A stretch of 56,105 bases of DNA, filler included, from Sphacelaria rigidula (Eukaryota), in NCBI GenBank assembly GCA_964200075.2. It is 6 parts of 6 records of this genome, joined end to end, with 100 filler letters (N's around TTAATTAATTAA, not from the genome) between each part and the next. Parts side by side here need not be neighbours in the genome. Positions count along the whole stretch, not along the records: positions 1 to 9,268 come from CAXNAA020008873.1; positions 9,369 to 18,636 come from CAXNAA020008874.1; 4 more parts are not named here. One strand, 5' to 3'. This document shows positions 1 to 10,225 of the stretch, in pieces. The notes below the pieces were generated by a model. The model was not told the DNA's origin. It did no database searches and saw only the letters and a program-made list of their open reading frames with translations. The stretch's first letter is position 1. Each line of letters opens with the position of its first letter. Made by a program: the position numbers and the translations under genes.

Positions 1-64
1 GTCTAGGTTTTGGTGGCTTGTTTTACAGCGCCGTTGCCACTCGACGCCAACCCAAGAGTCTAGA

Positions 65-127
65 GGTGTACTCATGATCATGCATGCCATAGTCATCAGA
101 CCATTGACCTCTATTGGGGGGGGGGGG
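65..127 (+). repeat. Copy of a short poly-G-associated dispersed element (GTACTCATGATC..TGCC..GTCAT..GACCATTGACCTC + G12)
   Basis: Near-identical to 9199-9268 and 37323-37371. Flanked by the direct repeat CTAGA at 60-64 and 128-132. Confidence 0.75.
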
Positions 128-699
128 CTAGATATGGAAAACGGGATACGCGATGTCGTGCAGTCCGATTCGGGCGAATCGGAGACCGACAAGAGGGGAG
201 AGATCTCCAGTACGGGTAATGCCCATGGGAGGTGCATGTGACTTGCGGGGGTGAGTGGAACATGCGCAATCTTTCGGCGAGAGCGGAGGTGTTAGTGTGG
301 AAGAGCAACAGCCAGCATCGTCCACGTCGTCCGCTGCACGATCGGCAAGCGATTTGTCTGAAATTTTTCTTGTCGACGGCGTGGATGCCTCGGGTGAACC
401 GGACCTGACTCCGGTGGAGCCAACGTTAGTGTGGACAAGGCAGCAGAGATCAACACGTCCAGGAACTGCAGCATCTTGTTCCAGACGTTCAATATCTAGA
501 AGGTGAACAACGTCCGTTGTGGATTTCCACCCTAAACCTGAGCATCGCGGGCCAGATACTGGCTCAATTGGCCGCCGCGAACGATCCACAAAACCAGGGG
601 AGTACGAGTTGCGATCGACTCTGTGTATGACTTTCGATGAGATCCGCCCGGCGCCAGAAACGGCCAAGAGTGATCAAGTAACTTACTCAAGCAGATGTG

Positions 700-1993
700 G
701 ATGGAAGCGAGGGATACGGGAACGATAGAGTTAGAGCGTAACATTACTCGGTCGGTTGTGGACTCACGATCCAAGATGATGAAGGCGATCGACTCGAAAG
801 GGTCTTGTCTTTCAATGGAAGCGTGATGACCATGGCTACGTAATTAACGGCAAGGTTCGGTTAGTGTTAACAGGCGATAATCATTAGATAGGGAAGATTC
901 CGACAGTTCATGTGCAGAGGGGAAACAGAACTGTTATTTTGTTGGGCGTTGAACAAGGTGTTGTTCAGTCGGGACCGAAAGAGGTGGTATATATGTGGCT
1001 ACCCCAAGACGTGCAAACGGTCAAGTGCCACCGTGCGTTTACGCAAAGCACTCTACGGTTTTAGGCAAGCCGCTAGGGAATGGTTTGGGACATTAGGAAA
1101 GCTTTGGGACGGTATGAATTCAGAGCAGCGCTCAGGTTGTACGTGTTTTTATGGGTTGATCGACGGCGAGGAGGTCAAGATTTCAGTGGGGGTGTACGCC
1201 TCGATGACATGTCGTGATGCTTGATGAGGCGGAGTGCATGGAGTTAGCCGAGGTACTTCATACCCATTTTTCAACAAAGAACCGTGGGGACTTTGTATCA
1301 AAAGTATGCAGGATGCGAATACTCTCACGATTCCGAGAAAGTACACTTTAGCCGTCACAAAATCCGTGCACCCGACGAATTGTAGAGAGACGTTTTATCA
1401 CCAAAACCGCACCGACTCTCGCGCATGTCCTACCTCGTGCGGGTCAAGGTCAAGAAAGCATTGTGATTCACAGGAAAAGTAACGGTAGGCGATGGGGTCG
1501 CTAATGTGGCTGTCCGGCAGTACCCGTCTAGACATCGCTCACGCTGTCGAGCCACACTATGGCATAGCAAAAATCCAGGACCCGGAGATTGGAGCTGGGT
1601 ATTGCGGTATTCGAGTACCTTGCTCCTTTCCGAACTTGGGTATTGCGTATGTTAGGGATTCGGGTGAGGAGGCGTAGTCGTGGTCATGTATGCCATCATC
1701 AAAAGAGGGGGAATCGCTGGCAAACGCAAATGCTGATTACCCTGAATTCGATTGCAGACGCTCTGTATCAGGACGGACCATATGCTATCGTGGAGCAGTG
1801 GTATAACGTTTTGCACGGCCCAAAAGAGCGCGATGTCGTCTGCGACTCGGCCAAATACGTAGCATTGGGGTACGTGGTTGAGAAGGCATATTTTTGTCAG
1901 CGCGATGCTCAAATTTATGAAGCCATGAACGGAGGAATATGTGTGCAAGTGACCGTGCGTGAGGACAACCAAGATGTTATTCGAGAGTCCTAG
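700..1993 (+). mobile_element. Degenerate Ty1/Copia pol remnant (RT and RNase H)
   Basis: Frameshifted fragments in the expected order: KVRLV (~852), GVEQGVVQSGPKEVVYMWLP (~945-1003), VRLRKALYGFRQAAREWF (~1033-1086), broken VY-DD (~1192), MGSLMWLSGSTRLDIAHAV (1492), and SAKYVALG...VREDNQ (RNase H). Many stop codons. Confidence 0.85.
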
Positions 1994-2769
1994 CAGCTGA
2001 GTAGATCGTCCGTGTGGTGTTTGTGCTGTCAGCTGAACAGCATGCTGCGTGCTGTTGAAGCCTTGCCTAAGGAAAGCTTTTGGTGCCACGGAAACGCTTC
2101 AATGAACATGGCATGACTCCAGTAACTTGAAATAGCTGAATGGTGATTGCTTCAGACTGTCGGACTCTGTTTTCCCGTCAAGCTATATAACTTCGATTGA
2201 GATGCCGCTACAATGCTTAGCTCGTGAGTCTCTTTGGGGGTGAAGTGATGCCACCTCATTCAGCCAGGGCCAAATTTATGTCGGTCGCATTTTTTTGTGT
2301 TTTACACGCCGTATGCGTAACTGGAAACTATCGGATTACTGGAAAGACCAGCGTTTCTCTTTCCGGTGTTGTGAAAGCAGGATACGTTGACTTCCGAGAA
2401 GCGTTTGTGCTCCCCTAATTGTGAAACAGGGGGGATGGTTGTTGTGTAATTTCATCCATGGGTAATAGCCTGTAGGATACGGAATAGACCAGTTCGCGTA
2501 TATCTTGAGGAGTGTCGAGCGATGTGTCGGCCGGCGGGCTTCATTGAAATATTCCTCGATTTGGGGACGTGGAGATGAGGTCGCGCCCATCTTTCCTCGC
2601 CTCCACCTGCTTCTTCCCGGTTTTGTTGTTAGCCTGCGTGCTGGGAGAATCGTACTACTTGATCAAGTTAACTTTACTACTCCTCTTTACATAATCAAGA
2701 TTACATTTGCCACTCCACTTATAGCACTTTGGACTCCACGGTTAGTGTTACCAGCCTTTTCCTGGTTCT

Positions 2770-4182
2770 TTAGAATGTCGTTGTGGGTTTGACAGAGACC
2801 AGAATACGTAAACATTCCTGTCGTTCGAATGCGACAACAGCGCACGCATCGGCGGCGACTCTGGCGCCGATATCCTCACGGGTGAAAAAGGGCTCCCGGT
2901 GGTAACCCTTCTTTGCTTCTATAATAATGTAACCGACGTAAAAGTGCTTCGCATCCACTAACCAGCAACCATCCACCCGCATGAAAATAAAGGGGTGGTC
3001 GTTGACTGGGAACTTGTCGATGCAAAGAGTAATAGAGCAGCTGCTAGGCCATCATAACATCATGTTGGTTCCCCAGCAAGGTACAGCAGTGCGGAATTTG
3101 TGATCGCAATCGCCACGACACACCTTTTGCCGGAATACCCTCCGATCTCGGTGCACGCCAACAATGGCCTCGTTCCAGAGGAGGTAGACCCACACGCCAC
3201 AGATAGCACATAGTGTGTTGAAGAAAGCCCAAGCGTACTGCATATCGCGCAGTTTTCCCCCCGCCGACGTGTTTGTGTACCAGTACGTGAGGCCGTATCG
3301 AGAGTCTGTTGCAGCATTCACAAACCGATCCAACGGGAACAAGCGTTCTCGGTGAGCGATCCACGAATGGAGCGATGAATTTCCAAATGGCTTTACAGCG
3401 CATCGATATGATGGGTGATTTCAGAAACCAGGTATGTACACCTCACTTGTAGATTTTGCCTCAGTCCCCATTACACCTTCCTGGGGGGGGTTACGGTGGC
3501 ATCACTCCAAGGGGTAGGTACAAGCGGTGAAATGTGCGAAAACTACGTCTCTGGATTGCCGACACTCTTGAATCAACGAACTGCATATATACATAAATGT
3601 CGGCACGTCAATGCCGCATACATTCGCCTATCCACGACCTTGCCAAAGCATTTTTCCATGGGAGACAAGTCAGCCGCGACTCACCACGCATGCGTGCTGC
3701 AGTAGTAAAATGCCGAATTCGCTCCACGAGTACACGATACCGAAACACGGTTTACGTTACTAGCCTATTGTACTACTGTGCAGTCAAGTTCAAAGGTGCT
3801 TCTGCTCAGGCTGGCGCACAGAGCAATAGTCTTGATTTGACTTCAGAGAAAAAAAAGACAGCCAGAGCCCGATCTGCGTGCCGTACTCCACGTGCACGCG
3901 AAGGAGAGGGGAATGTAGGGGTATCTTCTAAAACCCACCAGCAATAACGGCGATTACCAACATCATAAATGCAACAACCGCCTGCATGCCCCATAGTCCC
4001 AAGCCGTGCCGCTTGAGCTTCCCGATGGCCTTCTCTGGGTCGATGAAGCCATTGACACCCCCTGTAATCTCGACGCCGGCGAGATTGACCGCTTCAATCG
4101 CGGAAGCGCGCCGCCATGAAATCTGAGACACGCTCTGGCTTCGTATCGGCCTTCCCCCCGCCGAGGATCTCCTGCCAGGCAT
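2770..4182 (-). pseudogene. Decayed coding-like fragments of a possible membrane protein, function unknown
   Basis: Three protein-like minus-strand ORF pieces (3928-4182, 3052-3342, 2770-2982) with hydrophobic segments (MQAVVAFMMLVIAVIAGG; YAWAFFNTLCAICGVWVYLLW), separated by stops or frameshifts. No recognisable motif. Confidence 0.3.
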
Positions 4183-5249
4183 ATCAACGGTCGACGCTGT
4201 TCAGCCAGGGACGTTCGCAAAGTTCCAGTGGCCTACACCAAACAGTAAAATAAATGTATATCCGTGCGTTTCATGCGCGTGATACTACTGTTGTAGGCAT
4301 CGACTCTGAAACGTGGACTGCTTCATGAATGGGGTTCATTTAATTTCCACATTATGTTGTGAGGTGATATGTACTTGACAGTTGACAACGCTGTTTGGGC
4401 GCGCGGAAGTGTATTTCTTCGAGCAGCGGCGGCGGCGGCGGGAGCATCACTACGGGGTGTTGCATGGTTTATACTTTACAACAGTTCACAGAGATGTGTT
4501 GACAGTTTCAAAATCAAAGGGAGTGGAAAATGACGTTAGAGAAGGGCCTGTCTGCTGTGATCCTTCTTAGAAGTGCCTGCTGCTGTCTCGTTACGAAACA
4601 GACAGTGCAACAGTGGCGTGCCTCGTGAGATGTGTGAGACTTATCCTCGAAGCGTTGCCAATTTTTCTACTCCAAACTAGGAAATCAATTGAGCAACAAG
4701 AATTGGACAGACAACACTCTACTGCCGTGTACAGCCGCTGCTACATGTTCCTGGACCCGACACTGCGTGTCAGGCAGGTTTACCGGTCTACCAACTACTA
4801 CTGTACAAAGGTATTACTGTACGGTGTCAAGAGAGAAGCTTGAACCCACTTCCGTAAGTAAGTGCAACCTACACTACACCTTGCCGTACCTTCAGATCCC
4901 ATAACTCCATCCCTGTATCACGGACAATGGTTTCTTCTAGGAGTTTAGTTCACCTCTTCCAGCTCATTGTTGCCCGATCCCTGCCGATTGTCCCTACACA
5001 CAAGTGTATCTCTTCATTCGTGCTTGTTAAACAGTAACGCCTCCGAGCTCTCTGCTCATCACAAGTGTGGTTTTAGCACCGTCAACAAGCCAAGCTGTTA
5101 CGTACACCATGTACACGAGATTCAGCTCACCGCTGACCGTCGCATTCTCGCCGCACTGACCGTCGTGTTTACCCTTACCTGCTTGCAGCTGGATACATTC
5201 TACATGACAAGACGGCAAGGCGGGACCCTGGAAAAATTGCGAGTCTGGC

Positions 5250-8156
5250 ATGGGTGAGAGGGTAGGAGAATTCTTCTCTAAAAAGACTATGAGCGGGCGA
5301 ACAACCCCCAAGATACAACCGCCTATCACGACAAGTCGAAACAGCCGCGATGATGCCCACGTCCAAGAGCAGCAGCAACAGCAGCAGCGGAAGCTGCAGG
5401 GGCGTCGACGCCAGCACCCATACCAGACGAACGCAAGAAGAAAGGAGGTATCGCGTAAGCGATTTCCCGATCAGGTTGCTTCGGCTGTGGGTGTGGCGGT
5501 GATTATCTTCCTGTTTGCTTTGATCACTGGTCGAGGGGCGTGGACCATCCGCGATGGTGGTGCAGAAAGCAGCAGCGATGGTAGCACAGGGGTTGACAAC
5601 CTTGCAGGGATGCAGGACCACGACTGGAGCGAGATTGCCGCGACTAACCCCGAGGTCCAGCTGCCCAATCAGGACCGGGAAATTCCAGGTGGGCTTGTAT
5701 CTTCCGTTTACTACAAAAGTAGTACAACAGTACAGTACAGTGAGTACAACCGATGCCGGCACGTTCTCGGGGTTCCGTGATCGTGACCCCCTGGACAAGA
5801 TTCACGAGGATCATTTCCCAATACCTGTCTGGCTCTCAAGGGAAACTCTTTCTTGAGTGTCTGATTATCTGATTATGTTGCGGTTAAACAGTCGGTCAAT
5901 TTCGCTGCCGCTGAATGAGCGCCGATCATTCGCGGCCTTAGCATGGAGCATGGCACCACGGCCATCTGCTCCTTGATTGCTGCAGTGGATGGCTCATCAT
6001 TCAGGCCAAAGCCCGACCGTCGCGCAGCCATGCACCGTGTGCCCGACGCATATACTGCTAGACAAAATAAAGACAGCGTGACTTGGTCACCGTGTCGGAT
6101 TACTTGGATAAAATTCCGTACAGTACAGTATATTGATTCCGCTAGCTCCGAGCAAAGATTTTGCTCAGTCGACCTCAACGTACCACCAACTTTGAGATCA
6201 TACCCGATCGCAGGCGAGGGTAAGTCCGAGTGCCCAGCCCCGATAGGTGCTTGAAACCGCATACAGCTTGTTCTGTATATTCCGCGGTGATAATAGGCCT
6301 GATCGCCAGTTGGTTTGCGTGCCAGATTCACCAGCATGATTTTGTTGTAGGTAGCGAGCTGTGTCAATTTGAAATGTTCATAAAGATGGAAGTGGGAAGT
6401 AGCTTCAACTTTGGACTTATTTCATCTCCACGACCCCAAAAAACGCTATCGAGGGGAAAGATGGCACGGCAAGACGTCCTGCGATAAGTGCGTCAACTCT
6501 CCGGAGATTTGCGGACTACGGCGTGAAGCGGCAGTAATATTGGAAAACAACGGAACGCGAAAAATGACACGCCGAAATCCGTGTCAAGAGGGGATTTGCG
6601 CGCTTCACGGTTTTTCTTTGTGGAGGGGGGGGAGCAGTAGAGATGGGTGTTTTGTTCTCGCCGCCTTCAGTACTCATCGCATACCCGAAGCAGAAGCAGA
6701 AAGCTTCGTATCGTTCTAGTCAACATGTGCCGTTGTTCCGGGAGCCCGAACAAATTTCTTGTCATTCCATTTCTTGCGTGTGTGTATGCGTCATACTCCA
6801 ATGTTTGTGGATTTAAAAAAAAAAAAAAGGAAAGAGATGAAAAAGCACCCGTGGTATTTCAACGTCTTGGCGTCGATCTGCCCCGCCCGCTCTCGCTAAC
6901 ACGACGATTTTTTGTTGTTTCTCCCTCATGTTCCTGTGCCCCTTCTCTCCAATACGAATGATCCCCCCAAACACATACGAAAACACATAAACGTAGCAGG
7001 GGAAGAACCTGAAGTCGCTATTCCCGCCGGCACGCGCTCACCTTACTACGGTGAGATACAGCGTCAGAGACAGCGCTGGCTGAATGGAAAAGCCCAGCAA
7101 TTGCGGCGTCAGGTCGGTGGTGGTGGCGGTGAAAAACCTGTGCTGGGTCAATCAAAGTCAGGGGATCATGTGGATCCGTTTGATACGAACGTAGCGCTTG
7201 ACACTCGAGGAGCGGCTACTGCAACTGCTGCCGCAGAGCAGTTCCACGAAGCTACAGGAATGCTCAAGCCTGATGGACCATCGACGGCGATAAGCACACC
7301 GCGGCCGTCAGGAAACATCGGCGGCAAGCAGGAAAAGTCGCAGTCGGGAAAGGGTAGCACTAACGACTCAGAAGAGCACAGGTATGTCCCCGGAGACACG
7401 TGGACCACCCAACAAGGGCAGCAACCTCGCGCGACGGGGGAGACGGAGCAAGCGTCGTCGACGAAGAAAGAGGCGCGAGGGAAGGGCGCGCGCGGGGTTG
7501 GGAGTGCTTCTCGGATGGAACGGCTATCTCAGCTCGTCGCTGCTCTCGGAGGCAACCCTGCTCCTGCAAGGACCGAAGTGAAGCAGCGAGAGGAAGAGAC
7601 GGAAAAGGCGAAGAGTAGTAGGGTGCTGCCGAGCGCTTCTGCTTCAGCGGGTTCCGGTGCTGCCGTCGCTGCTGTCGCCGGTGCATCGTCGCGTCCCGTT
7701 GCAGCACAACGCAACGACGACAATCGCAACGCCCGCGCGGAGGGCGGCGGGAGTGGACGGAATGCCCGCGGCGTCGGCCACCATCACGATCATGAGAACG
7801 AGGACGATCCCTCTCGTCCGGGAAGACGAGGACGTCCAAAAAATCGAAGAAGCGTGGAAGAAATAGTGCCGCCTGTTTCGCCTGAACCCCACGAAGGGAG
7901 CAAGGAGGAGCAAAAGCCGGAAGAAAATGGAGCAACGGCGGGTGTAGGAGGACAAGAAATGGGGTCGACGGGAGTGGAGGGACCAGACGGCGGGACGGTG
8001 CCACAAGCGCTGGAAGGTGGGCATGCCACGATCGAGGATAGGATCGCGCGGATGGAGTACGGCGCGGAATTGTGGGGCTCGACGTACGTGCCCGCGATCG
8101 AACCTGGTCGGAGATTGGAGTTGATCGAAAAGTGGACTTCTCCGGGTGGAAGCAAG
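5250..8156 (+). CDS. Type II single-pass membrane protein, 5' part (exons 5250-5688 and 7000-8156); the rest is probably beyond the contig end
   Basis: Basic poly-Q N-terminus, then one TM segment (VASAVGVAVIIFLFALITG) and a long low-complexity stem. Donor CAG|GTGGGC at 5689 and acceptor GCAG|GG at 6999 are both phase 1. Donor AAG|GTATGG at 8157. Confidence 0.7.
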
Positions 8157-9198
8157 GTATGGTGTAGATGAATCTGAGTTAGGATTTGTACCACCGTCAG
8201 TTTTTTATCATATGTATGCTCGCGCGTGCGGGGGGGGGGCACCGTGCGCTTGCCACACGAACCATACTTGTGTGGTGACTTCGCCAAACGGCTTCCCCTA
8301 TCAGGCGGGGGTTTGCACGGTCCGGTTTATTTCATTGCTCTCGTACCTACCCTTCCTTAGGCGGTCGGAATGGGAGAGGGGAGGGGAGGGGAGGGGAGGA
8401 GGGTTAACCCGGTCTCCAAATTACACATGACTCCCGCGTGGTAGCCGTGCATATACGGAAGGACGAGATTTTTTCAAGACATCCTAGATGTTCGATAATA
8501 CCCGCCTACCCAAAAGTCGAGGCACAACATCATGGGAGGCAGAGAAACAGAGAGGGGAATGATGGTGGGAAGGCTGCTTACAAAAGCATCCGTCTCAGTA
8601 ACAGCACACCTCCTCCGACAACCGCCTGCGGTGGACATTCCTCCACACCCAGATTCCATAACACGATGACATAGATAGTCGTGATCCAACCTGCGATCTC
8701 TCCGCCCTGATGGTTTCAGTAGGACCATTAGACCACCGTGGCGCGACAAAGAATAAGCGGATGTAATTTAATTTTGTAGTAATGAATCCCTCCCTGCATA
8801 ATCATTTCAATGCTGTTCGGGTGACGAAAACGTGTTGATGCAGCGATATCCTTTTTTTTCGAGGACTGGCTGGCGAGCGAAATTCGGTTCGTACCCGTTG
8901 GTAACGCCGGGTGCGGTATATCCGATATCCCTAAGAAAGTTGAGATTTAGCATCGGCATCGTCACCCTGATGCCCTGATTATGTACACTAGGTATCAATT
9001 CTTGTGCGTAGTTGCAAATATAGATATAGATATAGATATACTTACTCGCCGCATTCAATTTATTAGGCCGATCGCGGGAACTTCTGAGTCATTTCTCGGG
9101 GTGTACTCGTTATTCATATGTCAAATGAGTGTTGCATTTTCGTGTAGTGAATGGCTCACCGCTAGTTTTGCCACTTTTCCGAATCTTAGCGCGCGCAC

Positions 9199-9268
9199 GG
9201 GGGGTGTACTCATGATCATGCTTGCCATAGTCATCAGACCATTGACCTCGCATCCCTACAAAGCCGGG
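9199..9268 (+). repeat. Copy of the poly-G-associated short element at the end of contig 1
   Basis: GGGGGGTGTACTCATGATCATGCTTGCCATAGTCATCAGACCATTGACCTCGCATCCCTACAAAGCCGGG runs into the gap. Confidence 0.75.
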
Positions 9269-9368
9269 NNNNNNNNNNNNNNNNNNNNNNNNNNNNNNNN
9301 NNNNNNNNNNNNTTAATTAATTAANNNNNNNNNNNNNNNNNNNNNNNNNNNNNNNNNNNNNNNNNNNN
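9269..9368. other. Artificial contig linker N44-TTAATTAATTAA-N44 (also at 18637-18736, 28005-28104, 37372-37471, 46739-46838)
   Basis: Identical 100-bp spacer with stops in all six frames, separating contigs of 9268 or 9267 bp. Confidence 0.97.
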
Positions 9369-9479
9369 AGCCTGAACCCGAACATCAGGCGCTTTATGGT
9401 CATTTTTTTCGCGACACTTTTAGCTGGTTTGGGGGGGGGGCTATCGTAGGAAGTGCCCAAAGCAAGGGGTAAAGTTTCT

Positions 9480-9820
9480 GAAAAAAATTGAAGCAGTGCA
9501 GCTGGCAGCAGCTAAAATAATACTTTGATGCGGAAATGGTGCAAGTGGCAGCAGGTAAAAGAATACTTGGGTGCAATAAAATTAGTGAACAAGTTGGGAA
9601 CAGTACAGATTGCAACAGCTCAGAAAATACATGGATGCAGTGAAGTTGGTAAAGGAGTTGGGAACAGTACAGATGACAGCAGCTAGGGGAATTACTTGGA
9701 TGCTCGAAACAAATGAGTATGCCCGCCCCTTTTGGTGAAGGAGTTGGGAACAGTGCAGATTACAGCAGTTAGGGGAATTTCTTGGATGCTCGAAACAAAT
9801 GAGTACGCCCCCCCCCCCTT
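9480..9820 (+). repeat. Degenerate tandem repeat with 64-85-bp units (core GAGTTGGGAACAGTRCAGAT)
   Basis: Core recurs at ~9591, ~9655 and ~9740. The last two units end in AAACAAATGAGTAYGCCC. Confidence 0.65.
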
Positions 9821-10144
9821 CGAAGTCTTTCCCTTTTCCCCACCTGGCAGTGCCTGAAACAACGTAGAGTTCTCGACGATCCAACATGGTGACAGATACA
9901 GGAAATGCAGTCCAACACGGGGACAAATTCAGGGGTCAGGTGGAATGTAGGTGTGGCGTTCCAGTTTGGTCCCCCTCAAGGTGAGACGCAAACACTTCGG
10001 GTATGAGGTGTTTCGGATGGGGTGGGCGGATATGGAAGAAACTTCTTGCTGTTGAAACAGCGGTGGTACGTGTGTAATGTTTACGGCCAGTCCAGAGCTC
10101 GAAGGGAAACGTGTCAGACGGTAGCATGGCGTCGGGTCGTCGGG

Positions 10145-10225
10145 GCGCTGACTTTTCAGTAGTCTAGTTGGTTGTCTCGTAAACCGTCACAAAAGTTAGT
10201 CGCTGGTTCGATTCCCGTCGGACGC
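10145..10225 (+). mobile_element. tRNA-derived head (Pol III A and B boxes) of a SINE-like element; 3' extent undetermined
   Basis: A box TAGTCTAGTTGG at 10160-10171 and B box GGTTCGATTCCC at 10205-10216. No intact cloverleaf. Confidence 0.55.

Noticed and set aside
8735..9200. Possible MITE with CCGTG(C)GCGCG termini
   Set aside because: The inverted match is short and gapped, and there is no TSD.
9313..9324. TTAATTAATTAA recurring every ~9368 bp as a biological periodic motif
   Set aside because: It is an assembly linker embedded in Ns.
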